Source: Candidatus Poribacteria bacterium
GTDB taxonomy: Bacteria > Poribacteria > WGA-4E > JAJDTR01
Assembly: GCA_965222225.1 (NCBI GenBank)
Contig: CBDCTK010000002.1
Span: 4,320,001-4,384,000, forward strand
DNA length: 64,000 nucleotides
Direction: 5' to 3'
In this document: positions 9,592 through 19,006 of the stretch, one piece after another
Position numbering within the stretch: the first letter of the stretch is position 1
Layout of the letters: the number at the start of each line of letters is the position of its first letter
Translations under genes and position numbers: made by a program
The notes under the pieces: generated by a model
Told to the model about the DNA's origin: nothing
Database searches by the model: none
The model's input: only the letters and a program-made list of their open reading frames with translations

Positions 9592-10809
9592 ATGAAAATA
9601 ACCGACCTCAAGACATACGTAGTCGCCAATCCGCCTCCCCACCGCGGCGGTCCTTATTTTGTCTTCTTGAAACTGACCACCGATGACAACGTGCATGGCT
9701 TCGGAGAGGTGTATGGCGTGCCGTTCCAACCCGGCAAAGTTGCCCAACTCATTGAGGACGTTGTAGAACGATACGTCATAGGATGGGATCCATTCAAGAT
9801 TGAAAAACTCTGGCGGATAGTTTACTCCAGCGGGTACACGCAACACCCCGACCTAACGTTGGTAGGAGTGCTTAGCGGAATTGAGATAGCCTGCTGGGAT
9901 ATAATCGGCAAAGCCCTAAACCAACCCATCTATAACCTGCTTGGCGGGCAGGTTCACGAGAAACTCCGCTCTTACACCTACCTGTACGCCATATCCGACG
10001 AGGCTCCCGCAACCGATAACATCCATGACCGCAGGATACCTACCAACCTGCACAGTGACCCCGACCTCGCGCCGGAACGAGCCGCCGCCTACGTTAAGCA
10101 AGGCTTTACCGCCCTTAAGTTTGACCCCGTTTTGGGAATGTCTGCCTTTGATCCGCGACAGCTTTCTCTAGAAGTGCTGGACAACGCCGAGCTTGTCACA
10201 AAGAACATTCGCGAGGCGGTCGGAAACAGGTGCGACCTCCTCATTGGCACTCACGGACAAATGACCACGTCCAGCGCGATTCGTCTAGCTAAACGATTAG
10301 AACCGTTCGACCCGCTCTGGTTCGAGGAGCCGGTACCGCCTGAAAATAAATCTGAAATGGCGCGTGTCGCGCAATCTACCAGCATCCCGGTGGCTTCCGG
10401 CGAACGCTTGACTACAAAATACGAATACGTTGAACTCCTCCAAAAGCAAGCCGCCGCGATTCTTCAACCCGCCCTTGCAAGAGTTGGAGGAATTCTAGAA
10501 GCAAAGAAGATTGCGGGTATGGCGGAGGCGCATTACGCGCAAATTGCCCCCCACCTTTACTGTGGTCCCATTGAAGCCGCCGCCAACATACAACTCGGAA
10601 CATGCAGCCCCAATTTCCTTATCCAAGAAAGCATCGAATCGTTCGGTGGATTTCATGCCGAACTTCTCAAAGAACCCATCAGATGGGAAGACGGCTACAT
10701 CATACCCTCCGACAAACCCGGTTTAGGCGTTGAATTGGACGAGGAAGTCGCGGCACAGCATCCGTATACCGGCACAATCTTTCCCGAAATGACCGACAGG
10801 CCTATCTAG
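9592..10809 (+). CDS. Mandelate racemase/muconate lactonizing (acid-sugar dehydratase-like) enzyme
   Basis: 'IEIACWDIIGKALNQPIYNLLGG', KFD, 'WFEEP', 'GER', 'APH', 'KPGLGVELDE'. Confidence 0.9.
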   Translation: MKITDLKTYVVANPPPHRGGPYFVFLKLTTDDNVHGFGEVYGVPFQPGKVAQLIEDVVERYVIGWDPFKIEKLWRIVYSSGYTQHPDLTLVGVLSGIEIACWDIIGKALNQPIYNLLGGQVHEKLRSYTYLYAISDEAPATDNIHDRRIPTNLHSDPDLAPERAAAYVKQGFTALKFDPVLGMSAFDPRQLSLEVLDNAELVTKNIREAVGNRCDLLIGTHGQMTTSSAIRLAKRLEPFDPLWFEEPVPPENKSEMARVAQSTSIPVASGERLTTKYEYVELLQKQAAAILQPALARVGGILEAKKIAGMAEAHYAQIAPHLYCGPIEAAANIQLGTCSPNFLIQESIESFGGFHAELLKEPIRWEDGYIIPSDKPGLGVELDEEVAAQHPYTGTIFPEMTDRPI

Positions 10810-10941
10810 CGTAGATTTCGGTCACACGTTGTGTGTTCCGATTATCCACTGATAAAAGGCGCTATGGGGACCGACCGAAACGTGTCGCGAGATACGGGGC
10901 AACCCACTCTCGCAACTGTCAATATCAGGAGCCAACCTACC

Positions 10942-12306
10942 ATGACTGGAGTCATATTTTTCTTAACACAATCTTTACTACAAGCCAAAACCGATACTCC
11001 CGGACCAAATACGCCCTCATCCGTGACTGAAGCTTCGAGCAAAGGACCGACCAAGGCCAACAAACCCGGAGGGTGGAAATGGGATGTGACAATCTATGAT
11101 CGTCCCGGCTGGTCAACGCCGTGGATTGGGGGTCCCAAACTCATTGGGGACGAAATTCTCATCCAGTGTATTTCACACCCGGAAGATATCTACTACGATG
11201 ATTGGTATGCGGAAGAGAGCGACACAGTCACACTGTCTTCGATTGATGGCGGCCTGACTTGGAAGGAAACTTCTAACGAACGATTTGCGAGCGAACCAAC
11301 GAGCTCCTCTGATGACATATTGGTCGATGTATCCACATACTCCGCCCTCACGAACGAAGAAGACCAGGAAAGAAAACGGAGATTGGAGGCTGCCGGGCTT
11401 GGGCATTTATACGATACAACCCTCGGCAGCGGGCCGTCAGGTTGGCTAATCTACCCCGATTCAATGGCAGCCGAACTCAAGGCAAAAGGATATTCCGTTT
11501 TCGACGAGCATCCGACCATTCCCGAAGGGCAAGCCGCGGTTCACGCACGAGCGATAAAGGGGTGGTATTCTACAGACCGTGGGAGGACTTGGGCCGATGC
11601 GGACATTCAAGGGTTACCGATTTTCGGACATGGGCCCGTCCCTAATGGAAGCCTTGAGCTGTCCGACGGTACCAGACTCGAATTCTTTTACGGATGCGAA
11701 CTTCATGAGCAGATGCGGTCGGTTTACGTGCTCCGTTCAACCGACCACGGGGTGAACTGGCATACAGTCAGGATACCTGCCGATCCTGAATTGTCCCTGA
11801 CTGAAACTTCAATGGTGGCTTTCCCCGGCGGTAGAGTGCACATGATGATGAGATGCGACGTTGGCGAGGGTTATATCTACTCGACAAATTCCAACGATGG
11901 CGGCTTGACGTGGAGTGCGGCGGAGCGCACGCCCATACGTGGTCAACCGCTCCTACTACTCAAACTACGGGATGGGGGGATACTTTGCACCTATTGCCAT
12001 CGCTTATTTCCCGGCGGAATACGATCCTGTCTGAGTTACGATGAAGGGGAAACCTACGAATTCGAAAATGAAAAAATCTTGAGAGACGACGTGATTCCCG
12101 GTCCCTGGATTTCCCCGTGCGGTCCCCCCTCAATTGAACTTGATGATGGCACAATCTTCACCGTATACACGTTACCGAAAGTAACCAAGTTGAAGCCGGG
12201 GGAAACAGCCGACGGAGGTCTGTTCAGTGTTCGCCCGAAGTACCACTGCTATGTTGCAGGCAGCCGTTACACCCTAAACTACGTCCGCCCTCTACCCGGG
12301 ATGTGA
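10942..12306 (+). CDS. BNR/Asp-box sialidase-like beta-propeller protein
   Basis: Five Asp-boxes (SIDGGLTW, STDRGRTW, STDHGVNW, SNDGGLTW, SYDEGETY); AGGAG SD before ATG 10942. Confidence 0.78.
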   Translation: MTGVIFFLTQSLLQAKTDTPGPNTPSSVTEASSKGPTKANKPGGWKWDVTIYDRPGWSTPWIGGPKLIGDEILIQCISHPEDIYYDDWYAEESDTVTLSSIDGGLTWKETSNERFASEPTSSSDDILVDVSTYSALTNEEDQERKRRLEAAGLGHLYDTTLGSGPSGWLIYPDSMAAELKAKGYSVFDEHPTIPEGQAAVHARAIKGWYSTDRGRTWADADIQGLPIFGHGPVPNGSLELSDGTRLEFFYGCELHEQMRSVYVLRSTDHGVNWHTVRIPADPELSLTETSMVAFPGGRVHMMMRCDVGEGYIYSTNSNDGGLTWSAAERTPIRGQPLLLLKLRDGGILCTYCHRLFPGGIRSCLSYDEGETYEFENEKILRDDVIPGPWISPCGPPSIELDDGTIFTVYTLPKVTKLKPGETADGGLFSVRPKYHCYVAGSRYTLNYVRPLPGM

Positions 12307-12460
12307 CCCGTGTCCCGGTTCGTAGCAAGGTGATTGAATGCGAGTCCGTAATATGGGGTCGTTCATCCCTTTTGTCCAACCCTCTCCGACCCAGCGTTGT
12401 TTCCCCTCCACTGCTGTAGCCTGAATTCGTGCGAGAGACTTAATGATGACGAGAACGCTG

Positions 12461-12489
12461 TTGACAGCCGCTAAGGACATGTCTATAAT
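12461..12489 (+). promoter_or_regulatory. Perfect sigma70 consensus promoter TTGACA-N17-TATAAT
   Basis: ttgaca gccgctaaggacatgtc tataat, upstream of the 12811 CDS. Confidence 0.6.
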
Positions 12490-12810
12490 GTCAACGTCAT
12501 ACAGCCTGTGCACCACTTCAATGATACCACGGAGAAGTGCTACGACGTTTCTGGCAACTACTCTATCAAGGGGACCACGCACATTAGAATGGACAGAGCA
12601 ATCGCAAGAGGTATCTGTCCAACAGTTGTCAATCCTCTGTACATACGTCGAGGTGAAGACAGCTTCGGTCCGCAAACCGGTATTTTACCGGATTTGCCTG
12701 AGAATCAGAAATGTGGAGGCCTTGTAAAGAATTGTACTCTTCATGTCGTAATCGTAGCCAGTTTGTTTGTGATACCAAGTCTCATTATGGGAACGGAGGT
12801 AAACAGCGCC

Positions 12811-14586
12811 GTGGCTTCAGAGTTTATTGACACACCAAATGCACGCTACGTCACCCAAATGGACATGTGTCAGCCCCAACAAGCTCTCTCGGATAGAATG
12901 GAACAGGGCAAATGGCAACTGATAACGTACGAAACCGAGGAATTGAAGGGTACCATGGTCGGGGCGCCGCCCATCATCAATGCCCCCAATCTCACCATAC
13001 CGCTAGATGCTTCCGGCTGGCACAAGGTCTACATTGGCTACTGGAATCCGTCCCATCTGTACGAGGACGACGCAATTATAAAGGTCAAGTTAAGTGACCA
13101 ACCGGCTTTTCGTATCTTTCATGAAGACGTGAGCGCCGACAGGCAGGATTCCACCTTCCTGCGCGAAGCGTTTTTTGACTACGCGGACCTTACCGGTCGA
13201 AGTCTGGTAATCGGCAAGTCAAACGGTATCTTGGGCAAACAGATGTTCTTTGCGTATGTCAAGTTGGCCCCCATGAGCGCCGAGGAGATTGACCGAGTCA
13301 TCAAAGATCGAGCGGATAGGTGCACGCGAAAACTAGCCGTCAGTATTGATGGAGCCAGCTACCTTCACCTGTGCGAGTTTAGTAGCCCCAATGACATACT
13401 CTCTCTTGTCGAACCTTATCGCAACTCCGACGTGGGGAGAATCTTCTGGGCAGTCTGTTACGGCGCACTCACCAACTATCCCACTTCGGTTAAAGGGGCG
13501 CAATATCGGGCAGAAGGTGCATGGCCGAATCTTCTCGATCAGGCTTATAGCGATCGTGACCGTGGCATCACGTCTAGGCATCAAGGCGAAAAACAGACGT
13601 TGAACACGCTCAGAACTTTGGCTGTCGACGGGCTCATCCCCCAGCAGTTGGCTGCCGACCACGTTCATAGCATGGGGGTGGGCATCAAGTTCGATTTGAT
13701 GTTTCGCATGGGCATCCTCGGAAATCTTCCGCGGCAACCCGACAGGGGCGATTTTGTCTCCGTGCACCCCGAGTACCGTCAAGTGCTCCGAGACGGCACG
13801 GTGATTGAAAAAGCCAGCTACGCTTTCCCCGAGGTGCAGCAACTGATGCTCAATCTCATTCGAGAGGCAACAACCCTGATTGACGCTGATGGGATTAATC
13901 TCTGCTATACCCGCGGTCCCCGATTTCTCTCGTATGAGCAACCGATACTAGATGCCTTTACTAGCAAGTATGGCGAGGATGCCCGCAGCGTGGATCCCGA
14001 GGATCCGCGCTTACTTGAGGTTCGCGCCGGCATTATGACGGACTTTATGTACAAGGTGCGTCAGACGCTTGATGAAGTAGGCGCCGAGAAGGGCAAACGA
14101 CTGGAATTGTCAGTCTGGGCTTGGCCGCATGACCAAAACGTTTGGCTCGGGAAACGCCCGATTGACGAAGGACTCGATATTCAAGCGTGGATAAAGGCGG
14201 GGCTGTTGGATAGTGTTGTCTCTCGAGGCAATGATCCCGAACGTGGAATATACGGCATCGACAGCGATTACATTTCGCTCGGCAAAGCGCATAACTGCAA
14301 GTTCACTTTGGGTGATGGCGAATACATGCACGCGCTTGGCGAAGAGAGAAGACAGCACTGGTTATTAGCCGCCAGAGAGGCGGACGTTGAATACTTCGCG
14401 TACTGGGATGCGGATTTTGCACAAATCAATCCGGAGCTCTGGGCTTGGCTGCGCTGTATAGGCCACGAGGAAGAGCGGCTCAACTGGGATCACGAAGCCC
14501 ATAAAATCAAATCCATACTTCTCCACACCATTGACGGGATTGATGTCCTGCAGGGCTTGTCCCAAACGGTGTATTCGGGCGGTTAG
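12811..14586 (+). CDS. Putative glycoside hydrolase-like TIM-barrel protein (GHL10-like)
   Basis: ORF open from 12508; GTG at 12811 with GGAGG SD. 'HPEY', 'SYAFPEVQ...LI.E', 'DADGINL', 'GLDIQAWIKAGLLD'. Confidence 0.55.
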   Translation: MASEFIDTPNARYVTQMDMCQPQQALSDRMEQGKWQLITYETEELKGTMVGAPPIINAPNLTIPLDASGWHKVYIGYWNPSHLYEDDAIIKVKLSDQPAFRIFHEDVSADRQDSTFLREAFFDYADLTGRSLVIGKSNGILGKQMFFAYVKLAPMSAEEIDRVIKDRADRCTRKLAVSIDGASYLHLCEFSSPNDILSLVEPYRNSDVGRIFWAVCYGALTNYPTSVKGAQYRAEGAWPNLLDQAYSDRDRGITSRHQGEKQTLNTLRTLAVDGLIPQQLAADHVHSMGVGIKFDLMFRMGILGNLPRQPDRGDFVSVHPEYRQVLRDGTVIEKASYAFPEVQQLMLNLIREATTLIDADGINLCYTRGPRFLSYEQPILDAFTSKYGEDARSVDPEDPRLLEVRAGIMTDFMYKVRQTLDEVGAEKGKRLELSVWAWPHDQNVWLGKRPIDEGLDIQAWIKAGLLDSVVSRGNDPERGIYGIDSDYISLGKAHNCKFTLGDGEYMHALGEERRQHWLLAAREADVEYFAYWDADFAQINPELWAWLRCIGHEEERLNWDHEAHKIKSILLHTIDGIDVLQGLSQTVYSGG

Positions 14587-14866
14587 CCCGATCCCGATCG
14601 GTTGTAGAACGAATCCGAAATCGGGAAAACACGGGGACAGATAATACCATTTCCCGATATTTGAAATGCATTAATAGCGTTACTCAAATCTTACCGATGT
14701 GGGGCAAGAAGATCTCTATCGCACTCACTATCCGTTCGCTCGATCCCCGCCTACGGGTTTGGTGTGCGGGGTAATAGTTGGTATCGGTAATTTCATAACA
14801 GTATGATTGAAAAACATCATACGCAATATTATTCAAGCGAAATAGTATAACGACTAGCGGAGAAAT

Positions 14867-15685
14867 ATGGGATTCCAACTCACAGACCAACACATTGAAG
14901 ACTTTCATATGTTGGGATACACGGTATTTCGTAAGATTCTTCCCACATCCCTGATTCGAGATCTTCGTCAAGTGAGCCACACCGCGAGAAAAATTGCCCG
15001 TGAACGACTGGGACCGCAAACTCAACGGCTTCAGCCAGTCGGAAACTTCGACATCGATCAACAACCCTTCGTCGACTATGCTGAACTGCCGGATCTCTTA
15101 AAGGCATTCACCGAGTTGTTATCCCCGCGTCATCGACACGGTAACAGAAACCATCTCGGAATCCTAATTGAGCCAGCGGAAGAACCTTACTGTACAGCGT
15201 GGCACCGCGATTGGCGTGATAACCTGCGAGGTTTAAAGCTGGAACGATGGAATCAGCGATTCCAAGATATGAACCTCTTCAATCAAATAAACTGTGCGCT
15301 CTACAACGATAGTTGCACGTGGCTCGTGCCGGGTAGCCACTTGCGGCACGATCTGTCTTGCGAAGCGGAACGGTTTCCCGACCGCCCAATCTGCGGTCCA
15401 AATCTGGAGGACAAGATTGCAGAAGAGCGGGAGAAAATCTGTCTGGAATACTGTCGAAGCATGCCCGGCGGCGTCCAAGTGCACCTGGAAGCAGGTGATT
15501 TTGCTCTTTATCGAAGTTCGCTGTGGCATATAGGAAACTATGTTCCCTACAGCATCCGAGCGACACTCCACGACAGCGCCATGACGCCGGAATTCGAGGC
15601 ATGGAGTCTACAGGTACAGCAGGAGGCATCCGAGCGTCGAGAAGCTGGTGTAGTGATGGACAACCCCAACACCAATCGGCTCTAA
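14867..15685 (+). CDS. PhyH-family dioxygenase
   Basis: 'LTDQHIEDFHMLGY', WHRD, 'LVPGSH', 'LEAGDFALY...WH'. Confidence 0.85.
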   Translation: MGFQLTDQHIEDFHMLGYTVFRKILPTSLIRDLRQVSHTARKIARERLGPQTQRLQPVGNFDIDQQPFVDYAELPDLLKAFTELLSPRHRHGNRNHLGILIEPAEEPYCTAWHRDWRDNLRGLKLERWNQRFQDMNLFNQINCALYNDSCTWLVPGSHLRHDLSCEAERFPDRPICGPNLEDKIAEEREKICLEYCRSMPGGVQVHLEAGDFALYRSSLWHIGNYVPYSIRATLHDSAMTPEFEAWSLQVQQEASERREAGVVMDNPNTNRL

Positions 15686-15749
15686 CCTATGGTACGGACA
15701 CCCTCGATCGCCTACACACTGAACTGCGTGAATCCTAAGGTAAAACCTG

Positions 15750-17656
15750 ATGAAAATCCTCCTGTGTTGCAAGCTTAGCCTTCTGTTCATTTCAGTCCTA
15801 TTGCCACAAAGCGCTTTCGCCCAAGATTACACACGATGGGGGTTGCCGGAAGGCGCCACGGCGCGTCTCGGCAAGGGTCAAATATTCAATATCGCGTATT
15901 CACCGGATGGTATTCGACTCGCTGTTGCCAGTTCCGTGGGCATTTGGCTCTACGATGCACGCACGGGCGTCGAATTCGCTCTACTTACCGGGCACACGGG
16001 ACGCCTCTCTAGCGTTGCATTCAGTCCAGATGGCGGGACGCTCGTCAGTGGAAGTGACAACGGTACTATCCATCTGTGGGATGCGCCCACAAGCACTCTA
16101 AAGCTAACATTCAAAGGGCATGGGGATTGGACCACTAGCGTAGCGTTCAGTCCGGATGGCAGGACGCTTGCCAGCACGGGTTTGCACGGGACCATCCGAC
16201 TGTGGGATGCGCTCACAGGCGCACGTAAACAGACTCTCGAAGGGCATATGCGTGTCGTCCATAGTGTAGCGTTCAGTCCGGATGGCGGGACGCTCGCCAG
16301 TGGAAGTAGTGACAACACAATCCGGCTATGGAATGCGGTCACAGGCGCCCACAGCAAGACTCTCAAAGGGCATACAGATTTAGTCAGTAGCATAGCCTTC
16401 AGTCCGGATGGGAGCACACTCGTGAGCGGGAGTTCGGACGGGACCATCCGGTTGTGGGATGCCGTTGCAGGCGCACAAGTGCAGACTCTCGAAGGGCATA
16501 CGGATTGGGTCGGTAGCGTAGCCTTCAGTCCAGACGGCGGGACAGTTGTGAGCGGAAGTGGCGACAAGACCATTCGCTTGTGGAACACCGTCACAGGTGC
16601 ACAGGTGCAGACTCTAAAGGGACATATGCATCCAGTACACAGTATAGCCTTCAGCCTAGATGGCGGGACGATCGCCAGCAGCAGTGACAATACCGTCCGG
16701 CTGTGGAATGCGCTCACCGGTGTGCCAAAGCTAATACTTGAAGGGTATACGGATTGGGTCTCAAGTATAGTGTTTAGTCCGGATGGGGGTACGCTCGCCA
16801 GCGGGAGTTGGTTTGGGACCGTACAGATGTGGGATGCAGTCACGGGTGCTCACAAGCGAACCCTAAAAGGGCATAGGAAATGCGTCAATAGCGTGGCGTT
16901 CAGCCCGGATGGTGGGACTCTCGCAAGCGGGAGTTGGGACTGGACCATCCGTCTGTGGGATGCGCACACGGGTGTCCATAAACAGACGCTCAAAGGGCAT
17001 ATAGGAGACGTTAATAGTCTTGCGTTCAGTCCGGATGGGAGGACGCTTGCTAGTGGGGGTGAACGTACTAGCTTATCTGGAGGTGACAAAACCATACGGA
17101 TATGGGACGCGGTTACTGGCGTTCAGTTGCAGGTTCTCATAGGACATACAAGTTCGGTGAATAGCATATAGCCTTTAGTCCGGATGGCGGAACGCTTGGC
17201 AGTGGGAGTGGATACGCGCTTCGACGTGGGGATGACAACACCGTCCGTCTGTGGGATGCCGTCACGGGCCAATACAAGCGAGTGCTCACCGGTTATACAG
17301 ATGAGGTTACTAGCATAGCGTTTAGTCCGCATGGGAAGACACTTGCTAGTACGAGTAGCGATGAACTCCACTTGCGGGATGCCAGCACGGGCATCCACAA
17401 ATGGATCCGAAAACCAGACTCGGGGGGCCTCTCAAGTGTAGCATTTAGCCCGGACGGAGGCACCATCGCCAGTGGAAGTTACGATGGCACGCTGCTCTTG
17501 TGGGATGCGGTCACGGGCGCCCACAAAAAAACCTTAAAAGGGCATACGAGTTGGGTCACCAGCGTAGCCTTGAGCCCGGATGGAGGGACGCTCGCCAGCG
17601 GAAGCCAAGATGGTACAGTGCTCCTATGGTCAATGACGCCGTACCTACGCAAATAA
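15750..17656 (+). pseudogene. Secreted WD40-repeat protein, frameshifted near 17168
   Basis: 'RWGLPEGATARLGKG' plus WD40 repeats. 'AGC ATA TA GCC TTT AGT CCG' has 2 extra nt. The repeats resume at 17171 in the frame of ORF 17282-17656. Confidence 0.85.
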
Positions 17657-17736
17657 TTTTGTGTAGTACATCCGCCTAATTTACCAGCTAAAACGGTCGG
17701 GGTTATACCGATCACTACTTTGCGGAGGAAAAACTG

Positions 17737-18693
17737 ATGACTGCAATTCAGACCTACATTGATACTTACAATCGCGATGGCTATGTCGTCGTACCGGACG
17801 TTTTCGATCCGGATCGCGCCGCAGCCGCTTTGCGGGACATGGAGAGCTTATTCTATGGAATGAGTTTCGAGGAATATTTGGCAAAGTCGGACAAGGCAGG
17901 AGAAAATGCGCCCCTTGAGTCGGCTTACGGGTTTCAGTTTCCTTGCGGCAAAGACTCTCTCGATTGCCTAATAGAAAACGACTACCTTCTCGACTTGATG
18001 GGAGCACTTCTGGGCGCAGACCAAATAAGGTTCCGTTTCGGCGGATTGTTTCTCCGATCAGGTCCGACCGACACCGTTCCCGGTGGGTCCGGTATCGAAC
18101 ACTCCTGGCAGGGCTATCATACCGACCATCATACAGCCTGCTATTTGCCGCATACACAGGATTCACATTTTAACTGCTATCTGATTGCCGGCGCGCTTCT
18201 TCATGATATCGAAGATGACAATGCTCCCATGCACATCATACCCGGTTCGCATAAGCAGATTCCCGGTTTGATACCGCGTCTAATAGAAGAAGGAATCTTT
18301 AGCCATTGGTGCGCGATTAAAGACATTCGCGAGATCCCGGAATTTGCGGCGCCGGTGCCTGCGAAGGGTAAAGCCGGCAGCGTCTTGTTGCGATCTTCAT
18401 ACGGTGTACACGCCGCCGTCCCCTTCCGAAATAAACGTAACCGGCGGGCGACGTGGGGTTTCACGGTCAGTTCCGCGGCATCAAGCGATTGGATGACACG
18501 CCATATCGGCGAACGCGGACTAGAGACCGAGTTCACGCACGCCTTCTGGGCAAAGACTACGCCCCGCGTCCGATCAGTTTTTGGTTGGCCCATGCCCGGA
18601 CATCCGTATTATACGCGCGAAACGCTCTCCCTTCTCGCCGCTTGGTATCCAGGAATAGATCTTACCCCGTATGAACAGCGCCTAGTTGCCTAA
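17737..18693 (+). CDS. PhyH-family dioxygenase
   Basis: 'YNRDGYVVVPDVF', YHTD, 'IIPGSH', 'GKAGSVLL...VHAA'; GGAGG SD. Confidence 0.82.
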   Translation: MTAIQTYIDTYNRDGYVVVPDVFDPDRAAAALRDMESLFYGMSFEEYLAKSDKAGENAPLESAYGFQFPCGKDSLDCLIENDYLLDLMGALLGADQIRFRFGGLFLRSGPTDTVPGGSGIEHSWQGYHTDHHTACYLPHTQDSHFNCYLIAGALLHDIEDDNAPMHIIPGSHKQIPGLIPRLIEEGIFSHWCAIKDIREIPEFAAPVPAKGKAGSVLLRSSYGVHAAVPFRNKRNRRATWGFTVSSAASSDWMTRHIGERGLETEFTHAFWAKTTPRVRSVFGWPMPGHPYYTRETLSLLAAWYPGIDLTPYEQRLVA

Positions 18694-18930
18694 AACCTGT
18701 TTGAAATGTACATTTGTAGGGTATGTACTGCGATCAAGCGACTGGGCAAGGTGCGCGATAGAGATTCTACCTGCCTCTAAAAGCCCCAGAGGGGTCAAGC
18801 GAACGGATATATCAAGGGAGTGAACAGCGAGTAGGATTTCCTATCGCCTTCGCTATCCGCTCAGTTGATCGATAGGGATCCCAACCTGTCGGGAAGTAGA
18901 GTCGCGATTCGGAGATCTCTCCTACAGTTG
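18694..18930. repeat. Cluster of REP/MITE-like intergenic repeats
   Basis: Contains CCTGTTTGAAA, two oppositely oriented CTATCGC...TTGATCG copies, GCCCCAGAGGGG and GTCGCGATTCGGAGATCTCTCCTACAG. All recur elsewhere in the window. Confidence 0.7.
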
Positions 18931-19006
18931 CAAAAAATCATAAATTTATCCGTAGATTAACACCCTTTTTGACCAATGGGTTCCGCCCAAGCGGAGGAGT
19001 CTTTAC

